A stretch of 64,000 nt of DNA from Gallionella sp. (GTDB taxonomy: Bacteria; Pseudomonadota; Gammaproteobacteria; Burkholderiales; Gallionellaceae): NCBI GenBank assembly GCA_025350705.1, contig JANXXH010000079.1, positions 1,725 through 65,724 on the forward strand. The letters are read 5' to 3'. Each line of letters begins with the position of its first letter. The stretch's first letter is position 1. Under the pieces are notes generated by a model. It was given only the letters and a program-made list of their open reading frames with translations, was not told where the DNA came from and searched no databases. Of this stretch, positions 62,438 through 64,000 are shown one piece after another. The translations under genes and the position numbers were made by a program.

Positions 62438-63073
62438 TCAATCGATCAGTTGGTCACGCAGCTGATTCAAGGAGGCGGCCAGGCTGCTTGGTGCGCTCTC
62501 TAATGCTGTATTGGCTTGTTCGATCAGCGCGCGCTGCCCTATCAACAGTGCTTTAATAATCTCCTCGACATCATCCAATAGTTTTTCAGGTTGTTGCGCG
62601 TAGCGCAGCAAAAAATCTTTGCTGCGTGGATGAAAGTTTGTCCACTGCCAGGCAAGAAAATTTTCATTACTCTTGAAACCGGCTTGCTGCAGCGATACTT
62701 GCAGACCGCGCACGGCAGGCAATCTGAGTTGATCCGGTGTGGGTGCGGCGCTCCATATCAGGCCGAAATAAATGCGCCATGAGCCGCCCTGATATTGCTG
62801 TTCCATCATGGGCCGTAGGTAAAGCGCTTGCTGCTTGCCGGTAGTGCAATGCAGTCCGACCAGGTTATCCGGTGTGCTCTTGTCTTCGGTAGGTTCAATT
62901 CGCCACGTCAGCCCATGTTCGATTACCAGCGCTCGCAAGCGCTCCATAAGTTTTCGCCAAAGTTGATTGTTCATTTGTTCGCGTAGCTTGTCCATCTGCT
63001 CTGCAACAGACAAACCCAGCGGCAAATTCTCTGCTTGGGCAAAAAAATCCAGTACAGCTTGTTCTTCCTTCAT
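62438..63073 (-). CDS. Hypothetical protein
   Basis: 211-aa ORF with no recognised motif. Confidence 0.7.
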   Translation of the reverse strand: MKEEQAVLDFFAQAENLPLGLSVAEQMDKLREQMNNQLWRKLMERLRALVIEHGLTWRIEPTEDKSTPDNLVGLHCTTGKQQALYLRPMMEQQYQGGSWRIYFGLIWSAAPTPDQLRLPAVRGLQVSLQQAGFKSNENFLAWQWTNFHPRSKDFLLRYAQQPEKLLDDVEEIIKALLIGQRALIEQANTALESAPSSLAASLNQLRDQLID

Positions 63074-63405
63074 CGTGTCATACCCTGAAAATGGCTTAAA
63101 TTAACATTGTGGCAAATATGGTTTCAGTAAAATATTGTATATAAGTGATTGCTGTAATTCTGCACGGCATATAACTTTTTTTGCAAAATCACGGATAAGT
63201 TGTGCTATTCAGTGTTGACTTTATATTTCAGACTGGACATTATTCGGGTTCGTGGTCGCGCCGCGCTCTTTCAGGCGGAAAAACAAAGGTGGATAATAAT
63301 AATTATCGCGACACAGCGCATCAAAAAAATAATCCGATATACCTGTTCAGTCATGCTGGCGAACAGCCAGTGTGGGACACATTGTTTGCTGGGGGAGCCC
63401 TTACG

Positions 63406-64000
63406 ATGCACCGTTTCTTACGTTTGTCTGTTTTACTGATGGGCCTGTTTGCCGCTGTGGGTAGTTATGCAGCTGATGCTCCTCAATCCGAGCCTATGAC
63501 CGAAGATGATTTGGGTCCGGCTATCGAGCAGCCTATCGAGTTTCCGCATGTCCGTCATGCCAAGGATATGCAGATCAACTGTATGTACTGTCATACCTAC
63601 GCGCGGCGCAGTGCGGTAGCTGGCATTCCTCCCCTGCAAAAGTGTATCGGTTGCCATAACTGGATTGATTCGGTGAAGGATAAGCCGCGCATCAAGACAC
63701 TCTTTGAATACTGGGAAGCCAAAAAAGCGATTCCCTGGAAGAAGGTGCACGATCTTCCGGACTTCGTGCGATTTAACCACGAGCGCCATATCAAACGCTT
63801 TTACTTTCAACTGAACCGGCCTGTCCAGGAGGTTTGCGGCTATTGTCACGGCGACGTGAAAGAAATGACGGTGGCACGCCGCCAGAAGCTGCTCTCCATG
63901 GGCTGGTGCGTCGCATGCCATCAAAAAGACCACCCGGTCACCGCCGAGGGCGGGACGCCTATCGGCAATCAAGCTTACTGGTACGGCATGCGTAAGCCAC
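63406..64000 (+). CDS. Multiheme cytochrome c, ActA/QrcA type (alternative complex III); truncated by window end
   Basis: Not in the ORF track; hand translation gives QPIEFPH..CMYCH..CIGCH..IPWKKVHDLPDFVRFNH..CGYCH..LSMGWCVACH; GGGAG RBS. Confidence 0.88.
   Translation, partial: MHRFLRLSVLLMGLFAAVGSYAADAPQSEPMTEDDLGPAIEQPIEFPHVRHAKDMQINCMYCHTYARRSAVAGIPPLQKCIGCHNWIDSVKDKPRIKTLFEYWEAKKAIPWKKVHDLPDFVRFNHERHIKRFYFQLNRPVQEVCGYCHGDVKEMTVARRQKLLSMGWCVACHQKDHPVTAEGGTPIGNQAYWYGMRKP

Noticed and set aside
63433-63972. 179-aa minus-strand ORF
   Set aside because: Shadow of the plus-strand multiheme cytochrome

Overview
Chromosomal window from a betaproteobacterium; gene content and order suggest Gallionellaceae/Nitrosomonadales (inference). 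The core backbone is cytochrome c4, nadK-recN-bamE-dapB, mntP, asmA-mutY, ubiX-rapZ-hprK-ptsN-hpf-rpoN-lptBAC-kdsCD, hisCBHAFIE-HIT-tatABC, degQ, nif3 and the truncated start of an ActA/QrcA-type multiheme cytochrome. The most notable part is a ~21 kb nitric-oxide/respiratory island (about 10.1-31.3 kb). It encodes a heme-copper enzyme lacking the catalytic Tyr (eNOR-type), two unannotated ~50-aa membrane peptides, heme o synthase, SCO and a degenerate subunit-I paralog. It also carries two paralogous Rieske-less cytochrome b proteins, one fused to a [2Fe-2S]-FAD-NAD(P)H reductase and the other to 2x[4Fe-4S]+MvhD, plus NnrS, hemerythrins, DUF2249 proteins, two CtaA paralogs and three NsrR-like boxes. 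Other oddities are an orphan integron-type cassette carrying a HEPN nuclease, an HNH gene bracketed by inverted MITE-like repeats, nested modular repeats that form bridging ORFs at operon junctions, a peptidase-propeller-Omp85 fusion, and a secreted peptidase gene split by one in-frame TGA. No rRNA, tRNA or CRISPR array was seen. All calls are by motif reading; no database searches were run.
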